Shown here: positions 49,582 to 57,368 of the stretch, in pieces
Layout of the letters: each line of letters opens with the position of its first letter
Numbering within the stretch: position 1 is the first letter of the stretch
From: Pseudobdellovibrionaceae bacterium
GTDB lineage: Bacteria; Bdellovibrionota; Bdellovibrionia; Bdellovibrionales; UBA1609
NCBI GenBank assembly: GCA_030591685.1
Contig: JAUVAX010000014.1
Span: forward strand, 1-57,368
Length of the DNA: 57,368 nucleotides
Direction: 5' to 3'
Made by a program: the position numbers and the translations under genes
The notes under the pieces: generated by a model
What the model saw: only the letters and a program-made list of their open reading frames with translations
Databases searched by the model: none
Told to the model about the DNA's origin: nothing

Positions 49582-50988
49582 GTGAAATTAAATATTACGT
49601 TTATAATTTTACTACACCTCTCTTCAAGCTTCTCATTAGCTGGCTCAAACTCATGTAATTTTTGTGATGGGCGCTCCCCGCCTAGCCCCTACGTCCTCTC
49701 CTCTAATATATGTAAAATGGAGTTTCAGGAGTTAGGGTGTAATGAGTTTGCAAAAAATAATCCCGAAGCGAGTAAATATATGCGGATTTGTACCCCTGAG
49801 CAAATGTGTAAAAACTCAGAAGATTTGAACCTTCGAATGGGAGAGGCCTTAGGGCGATGCTACCTCCAAGCTGGGGTTGTGTTAAAAGATACAGCCTTCA
49901 TGGTCTACGATATAATAAAGGGCGTCAGAGGCTCTCGTGTTGAGCGAAACAACTGCCTTAAGGATGTTAATTGTCGAAGAGAGGTTCTCTCCTTTCACCC
50001 CGTAGCAAGTGAACATTGGACAAATAATGAGGTGATGTCCATTAAAGGGTCCACAATGATTAAACTTTACAAAGAAATGTTAGAGAAAACAAATCCTGCA
50101 TATTTGAAGGACTCTGAATCATCTATTTTAAACGGAGTTAAAGAATACTTTAAAGACATTGGATTAAAGCTTGATTGTTACAATACTATTCACCAGATGC
50201 GCCTTACTTGCTATGGCTTCTACTCTATAGCAATGCCAGGAATAGGCGTTGATAAACTTACAAAACTTGCTGGTATGGCCAGAGTAAGTCGAGTACTAAA
50301 ATCCCTTAAACCTCTTCAACAATCTAAGCTCAAAAAAATTGCAAAAGACCTTGTGATACCTGATTTAAAGCTTCGACGCATTGTACAAGCTGCTGGTGGT
50401 AATTTAGATAAACATATATTAGCGCTTGAAAAAATAGTACAAAACAAGGCTCTCACTCCAGCTGAGGCATTATCAATATCCCAACTACTTTCTCGATCTA
50501 AGGCAAAGGGTTTAATTACCACTCACGCGACACGGCCTGAATTTTTAGATTCAATCATTACAAAAGGCCTTACGCCAAGCCACAAAACAAAAATGATTTT
50601 TGCGTTCGGACAGCCATTAAATAAAACAACAGTGAGTCGATTTTTATTAGGAAACAAAAATGTTTCTGACGGAGCTCTGTTTTTTCAAGGCGAGGCATCT
50701 GAACTTTTTAAACTCCATAAAGTCACTGGCCTGGATAGCCTCGCAAAAAGGATAGCTGGAGTAGAGGTCACTAAGCCGGGTAAGGTAATAATTGAAGAAT
50801 ATAAACGAGTTGGTAACTCTGTAGTTGTTACTAAGGCCCGACTAGATCCAGTGCCTCTCTCTAATATGGAGAAGGTTGCCCAAGGAACTTGGTATATAAC
50901 GGATGCTGGTAAAGCGCTGTTGGTTCCACTTATTGTTTACAAGCAGGGGCAGTTATTCAAAAACCTGAAGGAAGAACGAGATAAATAA
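49582..50988 (+). CDS. secreted Cys-rich protein with a possible ADP-ribosyltransferase-like C-terminal domain
   Basis: Signal peptide, Cys-rich N-half, LITTHAT...LDSIITKGLTPS. Confidence 0.55.
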   Translation: MKLNITFIILLHLSSSFSLAGSNSCNFCDGRSPPSPYVLSSNICKMEFQELGCNEFAKNNPEASKYMRICTPEQMCKNSEDLNLRMGEALGRCYLQAGVVLKDTAFMVYDIIKGVRGSRVERNNCLKDVNCRREVLSFHPVASEHWTNNEVMSIKGSTMIKLYKEMLEKTNPAYLKDSESSILNGVKEYFKDIGLKLDCYNTIHQMRLTCYGFYSIAMPGIGVDKLTKLAGMARVSRVLKSLKPLQQSKLKKIAKDLVIPDLKLRRIVQAAGGNLDKHILALEKIVQNKALTPAEALSISQLLSRSKAKGLITTHATRPEFLDSIITKGLTPSHKTKMIFAFGQPLNKTTVSRFLLGNKNVSDGALFFQGEASELFKLHKVTGLDSLAKRIAGVEVTKPGKVIIEEYKRVGNSVVVTKARLDPVPLSNMEKVAQGTWYITDAGKALLVPLIVYKQGQLFKNLKEERDK

Positions 50989-51283
50989 TCACTGTCTTAC
51001 CTTACTACAGCCTCCTCGCCTCCTTAATCCTAATAATGATCAGCTGCCGCATCGTAGATGCATGTATTTCATAAAGCGCATCATCACTGGTTGAATTAAT
51101 TAATATCAATACCTAAAATTTAGACACCTATATAATTTTGAACAGACGAGTCGTTTAGTGCCCCACAAATAGGGGATAAATATCGCTCGATAACACTAGA
51201 GACTGACCATTTGTTGCCTTTAATTGTCATACAAGCCCTGTTTGAGATGAGATCTAATACAGCAAGGGCACAGGCAAAACCCT

Positions 51284-51299
51284 CGGCATAGAGTTTGCT
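51284..51299 (+). promoter_or_regulatory. possible sigma-54 promoter
   Basis: CGGCAT-AGAGT-TTGCT immediately upstream of ATG 51311. Confidence 0.45.
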
Positions 51300-51310
51300 C
51301 TATCATTAGT

Positions 51311-51991
51311 ATGAGGACTTTTTATATTAAATTGTCAGTTGTGATAAGTAGCCTTATGGCTCTATCTAATGTGTCGGTGGCTAAAACCACTGGAGAGAAC
51401 TATGTAAGAATACGAGCTAACTACTCAAAATCTCTAGAGGGGTTAATTGAGCAAAATCAACGAGAGATAAAATCTACGGAGTCTCTTATAAAAAAAGCCG
51501 TACACGAAAAGCCCCTTATAGAAGGGCGAGTTAAGTATTTAACTCGCGAGAGAAAGGAGCTACTGCTCCGACAGAGGCTCTACTATAGCCTCAATACCAA
51601 ATTACACCAAAACTATAAGGGTCAAATTTTTAGAGATTTTTTATCCCTAACAATAGATAACATTATTGAGCTCGAAGCCCTTAGTAGTCAGCCTGAAATT
51701 GTGTATATTAAATTTTTAAGTTACCTCAAGGAAGCCCTACAAACCATCCCCGAGCCTGGAGAAAACCTCATCGCCTTTATTGAAGGATATGTAACAAGAT
51801 CACATATCCTAAACCCCATGCCTCCACAAAAGTATTTAATACTCAGAGAATACACAAATGGTGCCGAAAGCACCACTGCCTATGATCATAAAAAAGCAAA
51901 GCTCGGTGATAACATTGATGCCGAGCTTAAATCTATTGATGTCATTGAAGAGCAGCTCCGAATAGCTCGTGCTAAAAGGGCTTTAAACTAA
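51311..51991 (+). CDS. secreted coiled-coil hypothetical protein
   Basis: Signal peptide, helical heptads. Confidence 0.65.
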   Translation: MRTFYIKLSVVISSLMALSNVSVAKTTGENYVRIRANYSKSLEGLIEQNQREIKSTESLIKKAVHEKPLIEGRVKYLTRERKELLLRQRLYYSLNTKLHQNYKGQIFRDFLSLTIDNIIELEALSSQPEIVYIKFLSYLKEALQTIPEPGENLIAFIEGYVTRSHILNPMPPQKYLILREYTNGAESTTAYDHKKAKLGDNIDAELKSIDVIEEQLRIARAKRALN

Positions 51992-52218
51992 AAGTGAGCA
52001 CTCAGCACTTCGAGAAAACTCACAACTAGGTGAATAAATATAACAAAAGTTAAAAGTCCCCACGCAAAAATTTTGTACTTACGCTCAACTTTTAAGGCGA
52101 CTTGGGAATACTCTTTTACTCCGGCCCATTTAGAGTTTGCAGACAATGACCGTATGAGCCCCTGACAGGATATACAAAAAATAAGTAATGTTATAAATCC
52201 TAATAATTGTGCGGCCAT
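51988..52218 (-). CDS. small two-TM protein
   Basis: Two hydrophobic segments. Confidence 0.5.
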   Translation of the reverse strand: MAAQLLGFITLLIFCISCQGLIRSLSANSKWAGVKEYSQVALKVERKYKIFAWGLLTFVIFIHLVVSFLEVLSAHF

Positions 52219-52333
52219 AGCTTCTTATCGGAGGCCATTGACTAAAATTGAGACATTTTTTTGCTTCTAGACCTACATTTTTTTTGAGAGCTTAACAAAG
52301 CGTAATGTTAAGCCTGGGTAAACGTCGAGAGAC

Positions 52334-52786
52334 CTACTTCGAAAACCTCTTCATACGGTACGACAAATCTAAACGGATAATGTAAAAAAACATAAGTGCA
52401 CAAATTAAAATGGCATAGAAAAATAAAAAATAAGGGCCATAAAAATAAACAATACTACCATAATTGCCATCTTCTAAGTACGAACCATAGCATGGGGCAA
52501 GAGCACGTAGGTTCACCTGCTCAAAAATTAAAAACCCATCAACAATAATCCAACTCATGCCTAGCATAGACATTGAAACAAATGCGGTTGTTAAATTACC
52601 CTTATTTTTATAACCAATCCATAGAAAAAACAGAGCAAATAAATTAAAATACGCCACCTTAGTTATTGCCATATATAGCTTGTCGGCATTGCCAAACTCA
52701 CAGGTCTCTAAAGCCATTAATGTTAATGTAACGTAGGTCACGATTAATAGTAAAATACTGCCGATAAGGCCAAAATATCTATTCAT
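52334..52786 (-). CDS. hypothetical four-TM membrane protein
   Basis: Hydrophobic pattern, 150-aa ORF. Confidence 0.55.
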   Translation of the reverse strand: MNRYFGLIGSILLLIVTYVTLTLMALETCEFGNADKLYMAITKVAYFNLFALFFLWIGYKNKGNLTTAFVSMSMLGMSWIIVDGFLIFEQVNLRALAPCYGSYLEDGNYGSIVYFYGPYFLFFYAILICALMFFYIIRLDLSYRMKRFSK

Positions 52787-52848
52787 AGCAGGTTTATTTT
52801 ATCAAGTTTAAGGCCTATATACATTAAAATCTATTTTGCACCTGGACT

Positions 52849-53187
52849 CTAGGTGTCTTTTTTTATCACTTCAATTTCGGCACTGACTTTAAACTTATGC
52901 TCTTCAACAAATTTTGAAGCTTCTTGCACAAAGTCAATTTGCTTAACGATTTTTATAACCTCATTGGAGACCCGTGTGATCATCTCTTCTTTAGACTTAT
53001 TAGCCCCTTGAAGGATCATGTTTAAAACATCTTTAGGTAGCTTCATACCGCTGACATAGGAGCGAACGCCCTCTTCTGTCATAAAGGCAGCCCCCACACC
53101 GGCCGTTACAAGTTTTTTAACAAAATCTGTAATTGTGAGCTTATCATCAGCAGGGTTTACTGTGGTTTTTGACTGTTTTTTATCCAT
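52849..53187 (-). CDS. conserved hypothetical protein (phasin-like amphipathic N-terminus)
   Basis: KKLVTAGVGAAFMTEEGVR; overlaps the SRPBCC gene end. Confidence 0.65.
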   Translation of the reverse strand: MDKKQSKTTVNPADDKLTITDFVKKLVTAGVGAAFMTEEGVRSYVSGMKLPKDVLNMILQGANKSKEEMITRVSNEVIKIVKQIDFVQEASKFVEEHKFKVSAEIEVIKKDT

Positions 53188-53608
53188 AGAGTTCTTCTAC
53201 CCTCTTGTGATAAGAGCTTATCATGTTTGGTAAGTTAACATTTACAAGACCTTTAGCAATGGGCCCCGGCACAAAGCCCTTAAACTGTGCTTCAACATTA
53301 TATGTAGCGCGAACTTTGCCCGCTTCATTCTCTAAAACCCAGGACCCTGTTGAGACTTTAAATACATCACCAGAGTGTATCTCCCAACTGACTTTATTAG
53401 GGCGGTCCTCAGTCATCCATAGCTTGTATTTAAAAGTTTTAAGGACGTTTACGGTAAACTCAACGAGTTTTCGCCCCTCTTGCTCTTCAATGATTTCGCA
53501 ATGTTTTACTTCAGATAAAAATTCAGGGTAATGCTCGTAGTCTGATATGATTTTAAAAAAATCCTCACAGCTACAATTAAAAACCTCTGTTGTTGATGCG
53601 CTTGCCAA
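53180..53608 (-). CDS. SRPBCC / polyketide cyclase (RatA/Coq10-like) protein
   Basis: IISDYEHYPEFLSEV, STGSWVLE; GAGG RBS, TTG start. Confidence 0.85.
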   Translation of the reverse strand: MASASTTEVFNCSCEDFFKIISDYEHYPEFLSEVKHCEIIEEQEGRKLVEFTVNVLKTFKYKLWMTEDRPNKVSWEIHSGDVFKVSTGSWVLENEAGKVRATYNVEAQFKGFVPGPIAKGLVNVNLPNMISSYHKRVEELYG

Positions 53609-53622
53609 AGTGTACCTCTCAT

Positions 53623-53979
53623 TTAATTACATTGTTTTTTTATTTCGGCCCAAATCTCTTGGGCCTCTATAGTTAGTTGGTCATATTTTTTCATGATTTC
53701 TTTAGTAGAGAGTCTATTTTCAACTGCATAATTTTGCATAACTTTAAAGGCCCCTGCGGGTACGTGAACACGACTCCCCTCCCAGGTTTTTAACCCCTCA
53801 TACCAGTTTAATATGACCTGTGACGACTGGAGGGCTGAGGCTTCAAGCTGAAAGGAGAGCTCATTAAGGTTCTTTTGCTTCTCTTCAAACTTTTCAAAAG
53901 CGTTTGGGCATACAGAGGCCATTGAAAGCGAAGCCTTAAAGACTATTAAAATAATTAAATTCACTGTTATTAGTTTCAT
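53623..53979 (-). CDS. secreted helical hypothetical protein
   Basis: Signal ending SMA; Cys near each end. Confidence 0.6.
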   Translation of the reverse strand: MKLITVNLIILIVFKASLSMASVCPNAFEKFEEKQKNLNELSFQLEASALQSSQVILNWYEGLKTWEGSRVHVPAGAFKVMQNYAVENRLSTKEIMKKYDQLTIEAQEIWAEIKKQCN

Positions 53980-54035
53980 AAGTAAATATTACCAGAATTT
54001 TGGGTAAATAAAAAACACTGACCCTTACGAAGGTC

Positions 54036-54329
54036 CTACTTTTTAAACAAAGCCTCAGCTTCGGAGAGTAAATCCGAAGAAGTGGGCCCCGTTGAGCACC
54101 CATCAGTGCTGGGCTCAAAGAAATCACAAAAATTAGCTCTCTCTTTTTCTTGAACTACGTCCGCAGTGGGCTCTTTACATTCATTATAGGCCTTTTGATC
54201 ATAAAAGCGGCAGTTCTTACACGCATGCACGTCGGCTCCACAGTGTGGGCAGTCTTCTCGGCGGCTAAAGCCCTTGATCAGCTCAAGCATTTTGCTGCAC
54301 TTAAAACAGTTCAATTGTATGTCTGCCAT
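54036..54329 (-). CDS. Cys-rich zinc-finger-like protein
   Basis: CFKC, CPHC, CKNCRFYD, NFCDFF. Confidence 0.7.
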   Translation of the reverse strand: MADIQLNCFKCSKMLELIKGFSRREDCPHCGADVHACKNCRFYDQKAYNECKEPTADVVQEKERANFCDFFEPSTDGCSTGPTSSDLLSEAEALFKK

Positions 54330-54344
54330 TTATTACCCTTTTAC

Positions 54345-55310
54345 TTACTTATGAATGGGCTTAAACTCTAAATCATGCTCAGCATCAATATGACGGATAG
54401 TTTTAGTTTTTGAACGCATCACTACAGACTGAGTGCTAGCCCTTCTGCCAGGTAAAGTTTTAACACCCTTTAAAAAAGGTCCATCTGTTACACCCGTTGC
54501 ACAAAACATAACATCCCCTTGGGCTAACTCATCACGCTCGTAAATTTTATCTAAGTCAGTGACTCCCATTTTTTGAGCTCTTATTTTTTCGTCTTCATTT
54601 CTAAAATTTAATCGCCCCTGAAAGTCTCCACCTAGGCATTTTAAAGCGGCTGCGGTAATAACACCCTCTGGGGCTCCGCCAGTACCCATCATTACGTCTA
54701 TGCCCGAGTTCTCCCAACATGTCGCTATAGCAGAAGAAACATCACCATCACCGATGAGGTGAATCCTCGCCCCCATTTTTCGTACTCTAGCAATCAAGTC
54801 CTTATGGCGGTCTCTCTCTAGTATTACGACTGTTATGTCCCCCACGGGCTTATTTAAAGCCTTACTGATGGCGCTAATGTTATCTTCAACTGAAAGCTTT
54901 AAGCAAATCACACCTTTTGCTTTAGGGCCTACGGCAATTTTATCCATGTATGTATCTGGCGCATGTAAAAACTTACCCTGCTCGGCAATGGCAATAACAC
55001 TTATGGCCCCCACTCCACCATAAGCACAAAGGTTTGTGCCCTCTAAAGGGTCGAGAGCGATATCAACCTTTGGTGAGTGTTCATTTTTTTGCCCGACCTT
55101 TTCGCCAATATAAAGCATGGGGGCCTCATCACGCTCGCCCTCACCGATCACCACGGTGCCGTCGATATCTATAGAGTCAAAGGCCTTTCTCATAGCATCT
55201 ACTGCGGCCTGATCGGCACCATCAGCATCGCCCAACCCTGTGAATTGCGCGCAGGCAAGGGATGCAAACTCAGTCACTCTTACAAACTCTAATGCGAGGT
55301 TTCTATCCAC
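54345..55310 (-). CDS. glpX: fructose-1,6-bisphosphatase class II
   Basis: RVTE, VIGEGERDEAPML, DPLEGT, APDTYMDK, GGAPEGV, ATGVTDG. Confidence 0.97.
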   Translation of the reverse strand: MDRNLALEFVRVTEFASLACAQFTGLGDADGADQAAVDAMRKAFDSIDIDGTVVIGEGERDEAPMLYIGEKVGQKNEHSPKVDIALDPLEGTNLCAYGGVGAISVIAIAEQGKFLHAPDTYMDKIAVGPKAKGVICLKLSVEDNISAISKALNKPVGDITVVILERDRHKDLIARVRKMGARIHLIGDGDVSSAIATCWENSGIDVMMGTGGAPEGVITAAALKCLGGDFQGRLNFRNEDEKIRAQKMGVTDLDKIYERDELAQGDVMFCATGVTDGPFLKGVKTLPGRRASTQSVVMRSKTKTIRHIDAEHDLEFKPIHK

Positions 55311-55603
55311 AATTAACTCCTTAAAATTTTTTAGCCTAAAATATCATTTTTAAAAGGCATTACATGTTTAATTAAAACCACAATAAACACCTAGAATTTT
55401 ATATATCTTTAATTCAAATCCATCATAGATGTCACTTACTTAGTCGCAAAAAAAAGGGTTAATTGCTGGAGGCCCCCAAAAGTTTGCTTAAAACCCCCTA
55501 TTATTACCGTCCACACTTAAATTAGCGTAATAAATACCCTCAAAAAACAGGGTCATCTAAGGCGTCGGGTTTATAAAAAGCCCTCACCCCCTTGATTTAG
55601 GCA

Positions 55604-56323
55604 TTAAAGGGCTCGGGGTTTATTAAAGTCGGCCTCAACCAAGCTCCTGAGTTGAGCACCGGCCTTTTGCATAATAACCTCTAAGCCAAACTCAATAAAA
55701 ATTTTAGCCAAAGGGAGTTTACTAAATTCATAATAAGCCGACATAGCAATTTGAGTTTTTCGATGCCCCACATCTTTAAAATCAAAAACAACCACCATCC
55801 CCTCAAATAACCCACCTACAATTAACCACTGAATCTGTGCTTTTGAGTTTTCAGGCTTTTTAACATAGGTCTGAATCAAAAATTCAGCAAAATATTTATA
55901 AGCACTTGTATTAGAGTACAGCAGCTTATCTTTTTCATAAACTTTGATCTCTTTGACATACTTACTTAATCGTTTGTAGTTATTAAATTTTGAGGCAAAA
56001 TTAAATGTCTCTTTTAAGGGTACGTTAATCCATGCCCCAGCGACCATTTTTAATCGCTTTTTATTACCTTTTTTGACTAAGGGCTCTACGGCCACCATAA
56101 CTGGTATGAGCCGATCATTTTTAACCCTTTTGAACACCGACGGTTTTGTAAGCCAAAAGGGCTTTGCCAAGTTTTTACCTGTGATAAAGGGCGATTTTTT
56201 ATCCCAGTTTAAAAAAATAGATTTCCTTTTGTACGTTGAAATAAGCTTTTCAGCCCCTGTCTTAACAGAGGCCAGTGCCGATAATTGAAAAATCAAAATT
56301 ACTATAAAAACACATTTCATCAT
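55604..56323 (-). CDS. secreted hypothetical protein, possible START/SRPBCC-like fold
   Basis: Signal peptide; INVPL...FNFASKFNNY and a C-terminal helix pattern. Confidence 0.55.
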   Translation of the reverse strand: MMKCVFIVILIFQLSALASVKTGAEKLISTYKRKSIFLNWDKKSPFITGKNLAKPFWLTKPSVFKRVKNDRLIPVMVAVEPLVKKGNKKRLKMVAGAWINVPLKETFNFASKFNNYKRLSKYVKEIKVYEKDKLLYSNTSAYKYFAEFLIQTYVKKPENSKAQIQWLIVGGLFEGMVVVFDFKDVGHRKTQIAMSAYYEFSKLPLAKIFIEFGLEVIMQKAGAQLRSLVEADFNKPRAL

Positions 56324-56377
56324 TTGCCCACCCAATAACCCTGTGACATGATAGTAATAATTAAGAGGGTTGTCTTT

Positions 56378-56935
56378 ATGCAGAGCTTAACAAAACAACT
56401 ACCAATGATTGCCACCTACGGACGTATGGTTTTAGCCATACCTCTGATTATACTTATTAAGCTAGGTAGCCCGTGGTCTATTTGGCCCGCTGCAATCCTC
56501 TTTATTTTAGCCTCTTTAACAGATTGGCTCGATGGCTACTGGGCCAGAAAGTATAACTGCGAAAGCGCAATGGGTAAGTTTATGGACCCTATTGCGGACA
56601 AAATCCTCGTTCTTGCTGCTCTTATTATGTTACTCGAGCTCGGACTTTTACCGAGTATTCTTGTAATACTGCTCATCTCGCGTGATATTTATATTGGTGG
56701 CTTACGCTCTGTGGCCGCCGCCAACCAAGTTATTATCGCCGCAAAGCCCTTTGGTAAATGGAAAACTGGTTTTCAAATGATCGGGATCCCCTGCTTATTA
56801 CTTAGCCCTGAGGTCGACCTCAAGCCCCTTCCTTTAGAGAGCTTGGGGCTCTATGCCCTATGGTTCAGCCTTGCACTGAGCCTCATCTCTGGGGTGCAAT
56901 ACACGTGGGCTTACTATGCAAACCGTAAAGACTGA
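56378..56935 (+). CDS. pgsA: CDP-diacylglycerol--glycerol-3-phosphate 3-phosphatidyltransferase
   Basis: TDWLDGYWAR...GKFMDPIADK, GKWKT; followed by tRNA-Gly. Confidence 0.93.
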   Translation: MQSLTKQLPMIATYGRMVLAIPLIILIKLGSPWSIWPAAILFILASLTDWLDGYWARKYNCESAMGKFMDPIADKILVLAALIMLLELGLLPSILVILLISRDIYIGGLRSVAAANQVIIAAKPFGKWKTGFQMIGIPCLLLSPEVDLKPLPLESLGLYALWFSLALSLISGVQYTWAYYANRKD

Positions 56936-57069
56936 CCTGTCGCCAATTATGAGTAATAAATGATCTTTTTTAAATGTTGCGCCGAGACATGATTGAATGT
57001 CTTACCCCTTATGCTCACTGCCTGTTTGACACCACCCCCATATTATAGTTAAAACTTTACCTTCCTATC

Positions 57070-57146
57070 GCGGGTGTAGCTCAGTTGGCTAGAGCGCGAC
57101 CTTGCCAAGGTCGAGGCCGTGGGTTCGAGTCCCATCACCCGCTCCA
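57070..57146 (+). tRNA. tRNA-Gly (GCC)
   Basis: Cloverleaf GCGGGTG...CACCCGC-T-CCA; anticodon loop TTGCCAA; TTCGA T-loop. Confidence 0.97.
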
Positions 57147-57208
57147 TTAAAACATAATAAAACGTAAACAAGTGCCCACCGTCAAAGGCAATTGATTCCC
57201 GTTGTAAA

Positions 57209-57368
57209 TGATGGGACTCGAAGTGAGCGAACGGCTACGCTGAAAGAGCCCGTGGCTCTTTCAGCGTAGTAAGTCAGCCACGATGGCTGACTTAGTGACC
57301 GAACCGGCATCCCGCAAGGAGCGACCAGTATGGGAGCAACTGAAAGGGAAGTCCCATCACCCGCTCCA
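57209..57368. repeat. tRNA-linked structured repeat
   Basis: Inverted T-arm copy at 57209-57222, two perfect hairpins, and a direct copy of the last 19 nt of the tRNA at 57350-57368. Confidence 0.8.

Noticed and set aside
52849..53608. RatA/RatB toxin-antitoxin pair
   Set aside because: The partner gene is not RatB/ubiquitin-like; a lipid-binding SRPBCC protein is the simpler reading
2784..56288. Short antisense or nested track ORFs inside mscS, sucA, sucB, lpdA, the ABC gene, dnaK, clpA, prc, glpX and others
   Set aside because: Shadows of well-supported genes, with no independent signals
57147..57368. Second tRNA or prophage attachment site
   Set aside because: Only 19 nt of the tRNA 3' end are repeated, with no D or anticodon arm. 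No integrase or phage genes are visible, though sequence beyond the window is unknown

Overview
AT-rich bacterial chromosome segment. Gene content and order suggest a predatory Bdellovibrionota-type organism (inference): pilA with a TPR gene beside dnaJ/dnaK and clpS/clpA, three lytic transglycosylases, and many secreted orphan proteins. The housekeeping backbone is sucA-sucB-lpdA, trpS, mltA, dnaK, dnaJ, pilA, clpS, clpA, a Prc-like protease, htpX, slt, glpX, pgsA and tRNA-Gly(GCC). The most unusual items are: (1) a 1400-aa signal-peptide protein fusing two Clp-type AAA+ modules to an FtsH-type M41 Zn-protease domain, behind a consensus sigma-54 promoter and ending in a CxxLF motif; (2) a secreted Cys-rich protein with an ADP-ribosyltransferase-like C-terminus; (3) a RAYT/HUH transposase bracketed by 12-bp inverted repeats and mirror-image G-tract arrays; (4) a candidate sigma-54 sRNA; (5) two unlisted small ORFs leading an ABC exporter-DUF1854 operon; (6) a 137-bp duplication of a gene 3' end that brackets a mini-insert; (7) a homopolymer frameshift in a glutamate-synthase-family gene; (8) a 51-bp tandem-repeat Arg/His-rich secreted protein; (9) a hairpin-rich tRNA-linked repeat at the window end. 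All family calls come from motif recognition by eye; no database searches were run.
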